From the NCBI GenBank assembly GCA_012523215.1, contig JAAYIZ010000170.1, positions 165 through 64,164 of the forward strand: a DNA stretch of 64,000 bases. Direction: 5' to 3'. The notes under the pieces are model-generated. The model saw only the letters and a list, made by a program, of their open reading frames with translations, did no database searches and had not been told where the DNA came from. The DNA is from Thermovirga sp. (GTDB lineage Bacteria > Synergistota > Synergistia > Synergistales > Thermovirgaceae). Position numbers and translations under genes: made by a program. How positions within the stretch are numbered: position 1 is the first letter of the stretch; every line of letters begins with the position of its first letter. Positions 56,502 through 64,000 of the stretch are shown here, in pieces.

Positions 56502-57551
56502 TTACCGACGCGATGACTCGAAAGCTTTTCTGGAACGCCTGATCGCCTCGGAGTGCTCGGAAAAGGTCCTGCTGAAAAGGTGCGATCCGTCGGGCATGGC
56601 CACGTAGAAAAGGAAGGGTTCTTCCCCGGGTTCCAGGGAAGCCAGCCAGGACCCCTCGGAGGGAGAGCATATCGGAGCCGGGGGAAGGCCGGCGTGAAGG
56701 TACGTATTGTAGGGGGAGTCAATTTCGAGATCCCGGTATAGGACCCTTTTCAGCTCCACGCCTCTCAAGGACCAGGCATAGACGATGGTGGCGTCTATCT
56801 GGAGTTTCATGCCGGCCGCGGATCGGTTCCTGATCACTCCCGCGATCAGGAACCCTTCCTGTGGATGCTTCGCTTCCCTTTCTACCAGGGAGGCTACAAT
56901 AGCCTTTTCCAGGAGGAAAGCGGCCTCGGACCCTGTGTCGGGGATCCGTTTTCCAACCTTTTTCATCCAGAGCGCCGAAGCGGCCATGACCAGTTCCTCC
57001 ACATTGCCTTCGCCGGGGGTCACGTTGTAGGTTTCGGGCAAGAGGAAGGCGATCCTCGACCGTGGTTCTCCAGGCAGGAAGGGCCGAATTTCCGTCGGGA
57101 AAAGTTCGTCTTTGCCGAGGGCGCCTTGGAAGGCCTCCCCTAGCCTGGCGACCAGTGTTTCAAAGGTCTCCCCCGGGTAAAGGGTTATTCCGGAAACCTC
57201 CGGTTCCGCCAGGGCCATCTGCCTGGCGATCTCCCAGGGCGAACCCCGACGGATACGGTATAGCCCAGGCCTTAACCTTCGGTCGATGCCGACCTTGGCG
57301 AACCATCGGGTCAGTTCGCCCGGCCGGTCCGTGAGGCCGGCGGCGGCGAAGACACGGGAAACCGACCCTGCATCCATCCCGGGGCGGATGAGGATCTCCA
57401 GGGGTTCCCCGCTGCCCATCGGGATGTCACTGACCAGCCGTTGTGGCAGGCATTGAACAAGGGCCACGAAAAAGGTCAGCGAGACCACGAGAAGCATGAG
57501 GTGAAAGGCTTTGCCGAGCAAGGAACTTGAAGTGGAACCGGCATTCCTCAT
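56502..57551 (-). CDS. mltG: Endolytic murein transglycosylase MltG (YceG-like)
   Basis: N-terminal TM, a LysM-like segment, and the catalytic region ASLVEREA...DSPYNTY...GLPPAPICSP. Confidence 0.9.
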   Translation of the reverse strand: MRNAGSTSSSLLGKAFHLMLLVVSLTFFVALVQCLPQRLVSDIPMGSGEPLEILIRPGMDAGSVSRVFAAAGLTDRPGELTRWFAKVGIDRRLRPGLYRIRRGSPWEIARQMALAEPEVSGITLYPGETFETLVARLGEAFQGALGKDELFPTEIRPFLPGEPRSRIAFLLPETYNVTPGEGNVEELVMAASALWMKKVGKRIPDTGSEAAFLLEKAIVASLVEREAKHPQEGFLIAGVIRNRSAAGMKLQIDATIVYAWSLRGVELKRVLYRDLEIDSPYNTYLHAGLPPAPICSPSEGSWLASLEPGEEPFLFYVAMPDGSHLFSRTFSEHSEAIRRSRKAFESSRR

Positions 57552-57552
57552 T

Positions 57553-58203
57553 TCAGCGGGGAAGCTTTGAATTTACAACTGCCAAGACCTTTTCAACGGC
57601 AGCCTCCAGCTCCCCGAGTTCCGCTTCGACGCGATGGAGCCCGTCCTGAACGAAAGATTCGTCCTCGATGGAGGCCAGGTTGATCTTCACGTTCATAGCC
57701 GCGCCCCTAGCGGCGGCATCGGCCAAGAGTGCCGATACTCCGGCGTCGGTAATGGCGTTGGGGTTGCCCTTTTCTGCGACGACAAGACTATTGGCGACCA
57801 GTTCCTTGGCAAGCTCGAGCGTTTGCAGCGGCACGAGCGTAGATCGCTTCAACGCTTCCTGCATGGAGTCTTTTCGCCTGGCCTTCTCCTGCTCATTGTC
57901 CTTCGGCAGGGAAAGGGCCTTCATGAAAAGGTCGTAGGCTTCGCTGTCCTTCATGGCTAGATCGAGGAACTTCCCCGAAAGAATCTTTCCTTTTTCCACG
58001 GCCTGGATCATTTCCTCCTGGACCTTCTCGAAACGGGGGCGGCCGATGGTCAGGCTAGCCACCATCTGGGTGAGGCGGGAAGCGATCGAGGCGCACAGGG
58101 CGGAAGCCGACCCTCCTCCGGGCGTCGGGCTTGAGGAACCGAGATCTTCGAGAAATTCGTTGATAGAGAGGGATGAAATATCCTTCACCGGCAAAACCTC
58201 CAT
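57553..58203 (-). CDS. Formiminotetrahydrofolate cyclodeaminase / methenyl-THF cyclohydrolase family protein (FTCD C-domain type)
   Basis: SSSPTPGGGSASALCASIASRL is typical of the all-helical FTCD_C family. The start is uncertain (ATG 58203 or GTG 58227). Both overlap the hutI 3' end. Confidence 0.85.
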   Translation of the reverse strand: MEVLPVKDISSLSINEFLEDLGSSSPTPGGGSASALCASIASRLTQMVASLTIGRPRFEKVQEEMIQAVEKGKILSGKFLDLAMKDSEAYDLFMKALSLPKDNEQEKARRKDSMQEALKRSTLVPLQTLELAKELVANSLVVAEKGNPNAITDAGVSALLADAAARGAAMNVKINLASIEDESFVQDGLHRVEAELGELEAAVEKVLAVVNSKLPR

Positions 58204-59435
58204 TCGTCCGATCTTTGTGCCACGCACTCTCCTCTTTTGTAAACGGAGAAAACGGGAGAAGTTCCACTATTATAAGCCATAATGGCAGGAGTCTCTCCCT
58301 CTAGAACTACGAAATCTGCCATTTTGTTCTCTTCAAGGCTACCGCAAAAATTATCGAGCTCAATGGCCTTGGCACCGTTGAGCGTACATCCTGCCAGGGC
58401 TTCTTCAACCGTCATCCCCATGTTCATGACGGCCAGGCTGAAGACGAAGGGCATTGACTGGGTAAAGGATGACCCTGGGTTGCAGTCCGTAGCGAGAGCC
58501 ACCGTCAGGCCGAGTTCAAGCATTTTCCTGGCATCGGCGTAGGGTTTTCGAAGGCTGAAGGCCGTGGCAGGAAGCAGGACGGCAATCACCCCCGCCGAAC
58601 CCATTTTGGCCAGATTTTCTTCCCCGGCGGCGAGAAGATGCTCCGCCGAGACGGCGCCAAGTTCCGCCGCCAGCGCGGCGCCGCCCGTGTCGACTACCTC
58701 GTCGGCATGAATCTTCAACTTCATGCCCTGTTCCCTGGCAGCCTCCAGGATCCTTCTGCTCTGCGGCACGGAAAAGACGCCCTCTTCACAGAAGACGTCA
58801 CAAAAAGGAGGATCGCACGCGGCGGATACGGCCGGAATCATCTCGTTGACCAAGAGATCGACGAAACCTTCCGGGTCGGCCCTGAATTCGGAAGGTATGG
58901 CATGGGCTCCCATGAAGGTCGGTACAACTGTTAAGGGAGTCTCTCTCCCGACCCTTTCTATAAGCCTGAGCATTCTCGTTTCCGAGGCCGTGTCCAGTCC
59001 ATAGCCGCTCTTGATCTCGACGGTGGTGGTTCCATGGGAGAGGGCCGTGAAGGCGTTCTCCTTGGTCCTCTTCAGGACCTCCTCGTCGCTGGCGCTTCTC
59101 AGCGAGCGGACCGAAGAAAGAATACCACCGCCCGAACCGAGTATCTCCATGTAGGACACACCGGAGAGGCGCTGGGCGAACTCCTTTTCCCTCAGTTCCG
59201 AAAAACACATGTGGGTGTGTGGATCTACGAACCCGGGAACAACGCATCTCCCGTGGAGGTCGATCTCCTGCTCTATCATGGCTGGTTCGAGGTCGCGCAA
59301 GACATCCTCTTCGGAACCCACTTTTTCTATAAAGCCGTTCTTGGTCAGTATGGCTCCCCTTTCCCAGGATACGACCCTGTTCTCATTGACGAGGGGTGTA
59401 AAGATCCGGGATCCACGGAAAAGCTTAATCGTCAT
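58185..59435 (-). CDS. hutI: Imidazolonepropionase
   Basis: Amidohydrolase fold with GFVDPHTHMCF, KIHADE and ATDCNPGS motifs. Confidence 0.95.
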   Translation of the reverse strand: MTIKLFRGSRIFTPLVNENRVVSWERGAILTKNGFIEKVGSEEDVLRDLEPAMIEQEIDLHGRCVVPGFVDPHTHMCFSELREKEFAQRLSGVSYMEILGSGGGILSSVRSLRSASDEEVLKRTKENAFTALSHGTTTVEIKSGYGLDTASETRMLRLIERVGRETPLTVVPTFMGAHAIPSEFRADPEGFVDLLVNEMIPAVSAACDPPFCDVFCEEGVFSVPQSRRILEAAREQGMKLKIHADEVVDTGGAALAAELGAVSAEHLLAAGEENLAKMGSAGVIAVLLPATAFSLRKPYADARKMLELGLTVALATDCNPGSSFTQSMPFVFSLAVMNMGMTVEEALAGCTLNGAKAIELDNFCGSLEENKMADFVVLEGETPAIMAYNSGTSPVFSVYKRGECVAQRSDEWRFCR

Positions 59436-60343
59436 GATGGCTCACCGGCCATCTCGAGGAGCCTGAGCTCGATAATCTGCTCGGGATCAAAATCAGCCAC
59501 CTGGAGGTAACGGGCGGCGCTCTGGTAGATCGCGGAGGCAGGGACCATGCCGTAGATCTCGGTTTCGACGACGGGGACACCCCACCTGGAGGCCTCCATC
59601 CTGACCAGTTCGAGGACCCTGTAAAGGGGATCTTTTTCATGATCCACTATGTTAACACTCACCTGGACCATCCCCTTGTCCTCAAGGGCGAGTCCTATGG
59701 CCTTGACGTGGGCCAGGCCTCCCCCGGAGAACCTGATGGCTTTGGCTATCTCCTTGGCGATCTCTATCCTCGTGGTACCCAGGTTGACGTTGAAGGCGAC
59801 CAGGAATTTCCTGGCCCCCACCACCGTGGCCCCCGCCGAGGGATGCAACTGGGCCTGTCCGATATCGGGAAGCCTGTCAGGTTCCTTTATGGCCTTCTTC
59901 AACGCCTCGAACTGTCCTTTTCGGATATTCTCGAGGTTCTTCCTTTCCGGTCTCGTGGCGGCCTCCTCGTAGAAGTAGACCGGGACCTCGTACTTCTCGT
60001 TCAGGCGTTGGCCGAACTCCCGGGCTATGTCGACGCACTCCTCCATGGTGACGCCCTTCAGCGGCGTAAAGGGGACCACATCGAGGGCTCCGATCCTGGG
60101 ATGAGCGCCGGAATGGGTGTTCATATCAATGAGCGAAAAGGCAACTCCGGCCGATGCCATGAGAGCATCGGCTATTGCCCCGGGGTCGCCGGCAAGGCTG
60201 ACAACGAGCCTGTTGTGGTTTTCGTCGGCCCTGTGATCAAGCAGGCTGAAGCCCTTCCCGTTGCGGAAGGGTTCCACGATCTTGTCTATTACTTCCTTTC
60301 TTCTTCCCTCGCTGAAGTTAGGAACGCATTCCACTATCCTCAT
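59432..60343 (-). CDS. ftcD: Glutamate formimidoyltransferase (FTCD N-domain type)
   Basis: MRIVECVPNFSEGRR N-terminus is diagnostic. About 300 aa, two-subdomain size. 4-nt overlap with hutI. Confidence 0.93.
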   Translation of the reverse strand: MRIVECVPNFSEGRRKEVIDKIVEPFRNGKGFSLLDHRADENHNRLVVSLAGDPGAIADALMASAGVAFSLIDMNTHSGAHPRIGALDVVPFTPLKGVTMEECVDIAREFGQRLNEKYEVPVYFYEEAATRPERKNLENIRKGQFEALKKAIKEPDRLPDIGQAQLHPSAGATVVGARKFLVAFNVNLGTTRIEIAKEIAKAIRFSGGGLAHVKAIGLALEDKGMVQVSVNIVDHEKDPLYRVLELVRMEASRWGVPVVETEIYGMVPASAIYQSAARYLQVADFDPEQIIELRLLEMAGEPS

Positions 60344-60404
60344 GATATTCCTCCCTAATGCAGGTCCCCCTTGGGGGTCCCCTGTCTTTTTTTACTCGGA
60401 AGGG

Positions 60405-61937
60405 TTATTCCAATTCCCCGGTGATATCCTCCACGGCCTTGAGGTAGCAGCGGTCCTCCATCCCTTTTATTATCGTGTCTATCAGGGGATAGAGGATTTC
60501 ATCCTTTTCCAGGTAGGGCACTTCCTCCCTGAGTTTTCCATAGGCTGCCCTCGAACCGACGCCGGGCATCAACGGTTTGGAAAAATCCAGTCCCTGGGCG
60601 GCGAGGAGCATTTCTATGGCGAGTACTCTCCTGACATTCTCGAGGATTTCCAGACCCTTCCTGGCCGAGTACATTCCCATCGAGACATGATCCTCCTGGT
60701 TCGCCGAGGTCGGAATCGAGTCCACCGATGACGGATGGGCCAACACCTTGTTCTCCGATACCAAGGCCGCCGCGACATATTGGGGGATCATGAATCCGCT
60801 GTTGATACCGCTATGTTCCACAAGGAAAGGCGGAAGTCCCGAAAGTTTTCCGTCCACCAGCCTGGCAGCCCTTCTCTCGGAAATATCACCTATCTCGGCT
60901 ATCGCGATGCCGAAAAAGTCCATCGCGAGGGCCATGGGCTGACCATGAAAGTTGCCGCAGCTGACCGCTTCGCCCTCGGCCGGGAAGATCAGCGGGTTGT
61001 CCGTGACGGAATTGATCTCGATCTGAATAACATTCTGGACATATTGAAGGGCGTCGCGGCTCGCCCCGTGGACTTGGGGGATGCAGCGAAGCGAATAGGC
61101 GTCCTGGACCCTATCGTTCCCGTATTTTTCCATGATCTCGCTATCTTTTGTAAGGGTTCTTACGTTCTTGGCCACCTTGATCTGTCCCTGGTGGGGCCTC
61201 AGCTCGTGGGTCCTGTGATCGAAAGCGAAGGGAACGCCATGGAGCGCTTCCAGGGACATGGCCCCTATGATATCGGCCATTTTTACCAGGCCAAGGGCTT
61301 CCCACAACGCAATGGACGCGACCCCGGTCATGCCGGCCGTACCATTGTTCATGGCGAGCCCTTCCTTGGGTCCCAGCACTATCGGCTCCAGCCCCGTAGC
61401 TCTCAGGGCTTCCGAGGTTTTCATCCTCTTCCCTTGGTAAAACACCTCGCCAAGACCGAGGAGCGCAATGCCCAAGTGTGACAATGGGCATAGGTCGCCG
61501 CTGGCACCGACGGAGCCCTTGCAGGGAATTACGGGGTGTATTCCGATGTTCAGAAAATCCACGAGCCTGGAAAGGGTCTGAAGACTGATGCCGGAAAAAC
61601 CTCTTATCAGGGAGTTGATCCTGAGCAGTATTATGGCCCGCACGATCTCTTCAGGGAAGGGGTCACCCACCCCGGAGGCGTGGCTTGACATGAGGTTTGC
61701 CTGGAGTTGCTCGCTCTGTTCCGGCGGAATGAACTGGATGGAAAGGTCTCCGAAACCAGTGGTAACACCGTAGATGATCCTGCCTTCCTTGGCCCAGGTT
61801 CGGACCATGCCGGATCCTCTCTCCACAAAGGCTACAGCGGAGCGGTCGAGGGTCACCTTTCTTCCATCCCGGGCCACGCTGATGATATCCTCGAGCCTCA
61901 ACGAGTGACCGTTCAACTCTATTGCCGAAGATCTCAT
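60405..61937 (-). CDS. hutH: Histidine ammonia-lyase
   Basis: MIO-forming GSVGASGDLCPLSH motif. YGVTTGFG, and NQEDHVSMG near the C-terminus. Confidence 0.97.
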   Translation of the reverse strand: MRSSAIELNGHSLRLEDIISVARDGRKVTLDRSAVAFVERGSGMVRTWAKEGRIIYGVTTGFGDLSIQFIPPEQSEQLQANLMSSHASGVGDPFPEEIVRAIILLRINSLIRGFSGISLQTLSRLVDFLNIGIHPVIPCKGSVGASGDLCPLSHLGIALLGLGEVFYQGKRMKTSEALRATGLEPIVLGPKEGLAMNNGTAGMTGVASIALWEALGLVKMADIIGAMSLEALHGVPFAFDHRTHELRPHQGQIKVAKNVRTLTKDSEIMEKYGNDRVQDAYSLRCIPQVHGASRDALQYVQNVIQIEINSVTDNPLIFPAEGEAVSCGNFHGQPMALAMDFFGIAIAEIGDISERRAARLVDGKLSGLPPFLVEHSGINSGFMIPQYVAAALVSENKVLAHPSSVDSIPTSANQEDHVSMGMYSARKGLEILENVRRVLAIEMLLAAQGLDFSKPLMPGVGSRAAYGKLREEVPYLEKDEILYPLIDTIIKGMEDRCYLKAVEDITGELE

Positions 61938-61995
61938 AAAGGACCACCCCCGTAGTTATGTCAAAAACCATTTCGCACACAGATTATAGCGTAAA

Positions 61996-62982
61996 TCACA
62001 ACTTGACAATACCCGTGGGGGTTTTACACCGAGGGCATGTACCGTCCACCATGAGGTGGACCACCGCCTCACCGGGGTGATCTCTTTCAATGAGGACTTC
62101 GCCGCAGGCGGGACAATAGGTGTTTTCCCTCAACGAGAGGTTTCCGGCGTAGACATAATCCAGCGACTCTGCGGCTATCTCCTCCCTCGTCTCGATGTCG
62201 GACAGGGGTGAAGGCGGCCGATCCCAACGATAGGCCGGAAAATACCTCGAGATGTGAAGCGGTATAAGCTTTGAAACGCCGGCAATCCACTGGACCATCC
62301 TTTTGAACTCTTCGAGGGAATCGTTGATCCCGGGCACGACCAGGTGGGTTATCTCCAGGTGGACCGACCTTTCGACGGCGGTCGTTATCGTGCGCAGTAC
62401 CGGATCAAGGGTGCCCTCGATCCTGGAGTAGGACAGGTCGGAAAAGCCCTTCAGGTCCACGTTCATCGCGTCTACCCACGGGATGAGATCCCCCAGTGGT
62501 TTTTGACAGATGTAGCCGTTGGTGACGAGGACGACTCCAAGGCCTGCCTTTTTCAGCGCTCGGGATGCGTCATAGATGAACTCGTACCACACGGTGGGTT
62601 CGTTGTACGTGAAGGCCACCGACGGGGTGCCGCGCTCACGGGAAAGATGAGGGACCTCCCCTGGGGTGACCTCCGCAAGGCCGGCGAATGTCTGGAACCG
62701 CGAGAGATGACAGTTCTGACAATAGGGGCAGAAAAGATTACAACCCACCGTCCCGAGAGAGAGGATCCTGCTTCCGGGTTTCCAGTGATAGAGGGGTTTT
62801 TTTTCGATAGGATCCACGGCGGCACAGGCCAGCCCGTAATTCAGGGTTACAAGCTTCCCGTCGACATTCTTCCTGACACCACAGGCTCCGATATTCCCCG
62901 GTGGAATGAGACACTCCCTGGGACAAAGAAGGCAATGGACTTTATCTCCTGAGGTTGTCCAGAAGAGAGCGGGCCTTTCCAC
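61996..62982 (-). CDS. AmmeMemoRadiSam-system-type radical SAM enzyme
   Basis: GCNLFCPYCQNC cluster motif, an N-terminal Cys-rich segment (CLLCPRECLI...GACGVRKN), and a C-terminal CPACG...CPRC knuckle. It lies 3 nt downstream of an AMMECR1 gene. Confidence 0.87.
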   Translation of the reverse strand: MERPALFWTTSGDKVHCLLCPRECLIPPGNIGACGVRKNVDGKLVTLNYGLACAAVDPIEKKPLYHWKPGSRILSLGTVGCNLFCPYCQNCHLSRFQTFAGLAEVTPGEVPHLSRERGTPSVAFTYNEPTVWYEFIYDASRALKKAGLGVVLVTNGYICQKPLGDLIPWVDAMNVDLKGFSDLSYSRIEGTLDPVLRTITTAVERSVHLEITHLVVPGINDSLEEFKRMVQWIAGVSKLIPLHISRYFPAYRWDRPPSPLSDIETREEIAAESLDYVYAGNLSLRENTYCPACGEVLIERDHPGEAVVHLMVDGTCPRCKTPTGIVKL

Positions 62983-62985
62983 GAT

Positions 62986-63564
62986 TTAACCGCTCCGTTC
63001 CGCAGGATCTTCTGAAAAACGGCTTACCTTGAACCGGGAGAGGACAACCCTCTCTCCCATCCCAATCCCGGCTTTCCTCATGGCGATGGAAATCTGCTGT
63101 TCTACGGTATCCACGCCTTCCAAGTCCGGCAAGAGGACTCCTTTTCTCCCTCCCCTTTCGACGATCACCCCGTAAATTGAAGGGTCCAGGTCGGAGAGGT
63201 CTTCGATCAAGGCAGGTTCATCCAGGATATCCAGCGAGATGCGGCATTGGGCCATCTCTTCGGCCTCGAGGGGGGAAAACCTTGGGTCTTCCGACGCTGC
63301 CGCCCTGGCGTTGGAGACGATCTCCTCCCAAAGGTTGTCCCGCACCGGGCGGATTGTGCCTATACAGCCCCTCAACTCTCCCAGGGGCGCCTTTTTTATG
63401 GATACGAAGCATCCCCGCTTTATGGTCATTTCCGGCTTCGTGGAGTATTCGCGGGCATCGATATAAAAAAAAGGATCAAGCCTCGATGCCGTCAACTGCA
63501 CGGCTCTTTTCGCCAGGAGGACATAGGGGTGCGGTTCAGCGGTCCTAACCTCAGGATACCCCAT
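62986..63564 (-). CDS. AMMECR1 domain protein (AmmeMemoRadiSam system protein A type)
   Basis: 192 aa from ATG 63564. RGCFVSIKK...LRGCIGT...AAASEDPRF...GVLLPDL are AMMECR1 hallmarks. The track ORF extends 101 codons upstream in an Arg/Gly/Pro-rich non-protein-like frame. Confidence 0.88.
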   Translation of the reverse strand: MGYPEVRTAEPHPYVLLAKRAVQLTASRLDPFFYIDAREYSTKPEMTIKRGCFVSIKKAPLGELRGCIGTIRPVRDNLWEEIVSNARAAASEDPRFSPLEAEEMAQCRISLDILDEPALIEDLSDLDPSIYGVIVERGGRKGVLLPDLEGVDTVEQQISIAMRKAGIGMGERVVLSRFKVSRFSEDPAERSG

Positions 63565-64000
63565 CAGGACTCCTCCCCGGAACATATCAAAAACGCGGAG
63601 GCATAGCCAACGCCGAAGGGGGCTTCGTAGGACAGGAACCTGATCTCCTCTCCCAGCGAAAGACCGATAAGGGCGAGGACCGACCGAAGCCCGCACTCGC
63701 CCGCGTTTCGAATGACCGCCTCGGCGAGGTTGAAAATCGGATCCGGTGACGACTCCCGAAGTGCTTCCACGATCGTTCGGTCGAGCAACTGCCCATCGGG
63801 GTGAAAACCCGAAGGAGCATCCCTGGTCAGCCTGTGGGAAAGGTCCCCGCTCGCGAGAAGCCCCCATTTCTTTTCAGAGGGGTACCGCCTGAGGAGCCTC
63901 CCCAGTTCGTAAGCCTGCCTGTAGTCCAACGTGACGGGATTGACAAGGATCATCGGAGGGATCAGGTCCAGGACCGGGCGCAGCAAGTGGAGCGATACCA
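63564..64000 (-). CDS. LigB/Memo-fold (class III extradiol dioxygenase-like) protein, 5' end outside window
   Basis: The frame is open to the right window edge. LLASGDLSHRL and NAGECGLRSVLALIG are typical of the LigB/Memo superfamily. Its stop overlaps the AMMECR1 start by 1 nt. Confidence 0.6.
   Translation of the reverse strand, partial: VSLHLLRPVLDLIPPMILVNPVTLDYRQAYELGRLLRRYPSEKKWGLLASGDLSHRLTRDAPSGFHPDGQLLDRTIVEALRESSPDPIFNLAEAVIRNAGECGLRSVLALIGLSLGEEIRFLSYEAPFGVGYASAFLICSGEES

Overview
This is a gene-dense bacterial chromosomal core region. About 62 protein genes and one RNA gene are packed with gaps of 0-40 nt or 1-35 nt overlaps. I found no transposase, integrase, phage, CRISPR, rRNA or tRNA signal.

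Plus-strand genes, left to right (1-40.4 kb):
- A V-type ATPase operon in the order I-K-E-C-F-A-B-D. Subunit I is cut by the window edge.
- RNase P RNA (rnpB) with its own terminator.
- A complete dcw cluster: mraZ-rsmH-ftsL-ftsI-murE-murF-mraY-murD-ftsW-murG-murC-murB-ftsQ-ftsA-ftsZ.
- An uncharacterised radical SAM gene followed by a SPOR-domain gene.
- A molybdenum-cofactor cluster: moeA, a moeA-PBP fusion, moaA, moaC and an extended moaB/mog.
- rapZ-yvcK-whiA, a glycogen-debranching-type enzyme, and gap-pgk-tpiA.

At about 40.5 kb transcription converges on a bidirectional terminator.

Minus-strand genes (40.5-64 kb):
- rsfS, an LCP protein, nadD and obg.
- rplU-prp-rpmA.
- The Firmicutes-like block xseB-ispA-dxs-tlyA-nadK-recN.
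- A lone plus-strand rpmB sits here, between xseB and the next gene.
- Thiamine pyrophosphokinase, ftsK, tldD and mltG.
- A formiminotransferase-type histidine degradation cluster (hutH, ftcD, hutI, cyclodeaminase).
- An AMMECR1 / LigB-Memo-like / radical SAM trio that runs off the right edge.

Gene content (V-ATPase, Prp-processed L27, FTCD-type hut genes, synteny blocks) suggests a Firmicutes-like or Synergistota-like anaerobe. I cannot confirm that without a database search.

Nothing here looks like an accessory island or a clearly new multi-gene system. The candidates most worth follow-up are:
- the functionally unsolved AmmeMemoRadiSam-type trio;
- the radical SAM + SPOR pair fused onto the end of the dcw cluster;
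- the tandem MoeA / MoeA-PBP genes and the MoaB with an unrecognised N-terminal domain;
- a phased GTGG operator array at mraZ;
- an unexplained structured spacer upstream of rnpB.

All calls come from motif recognition by eye and gene order. No searches or folding computations were run.
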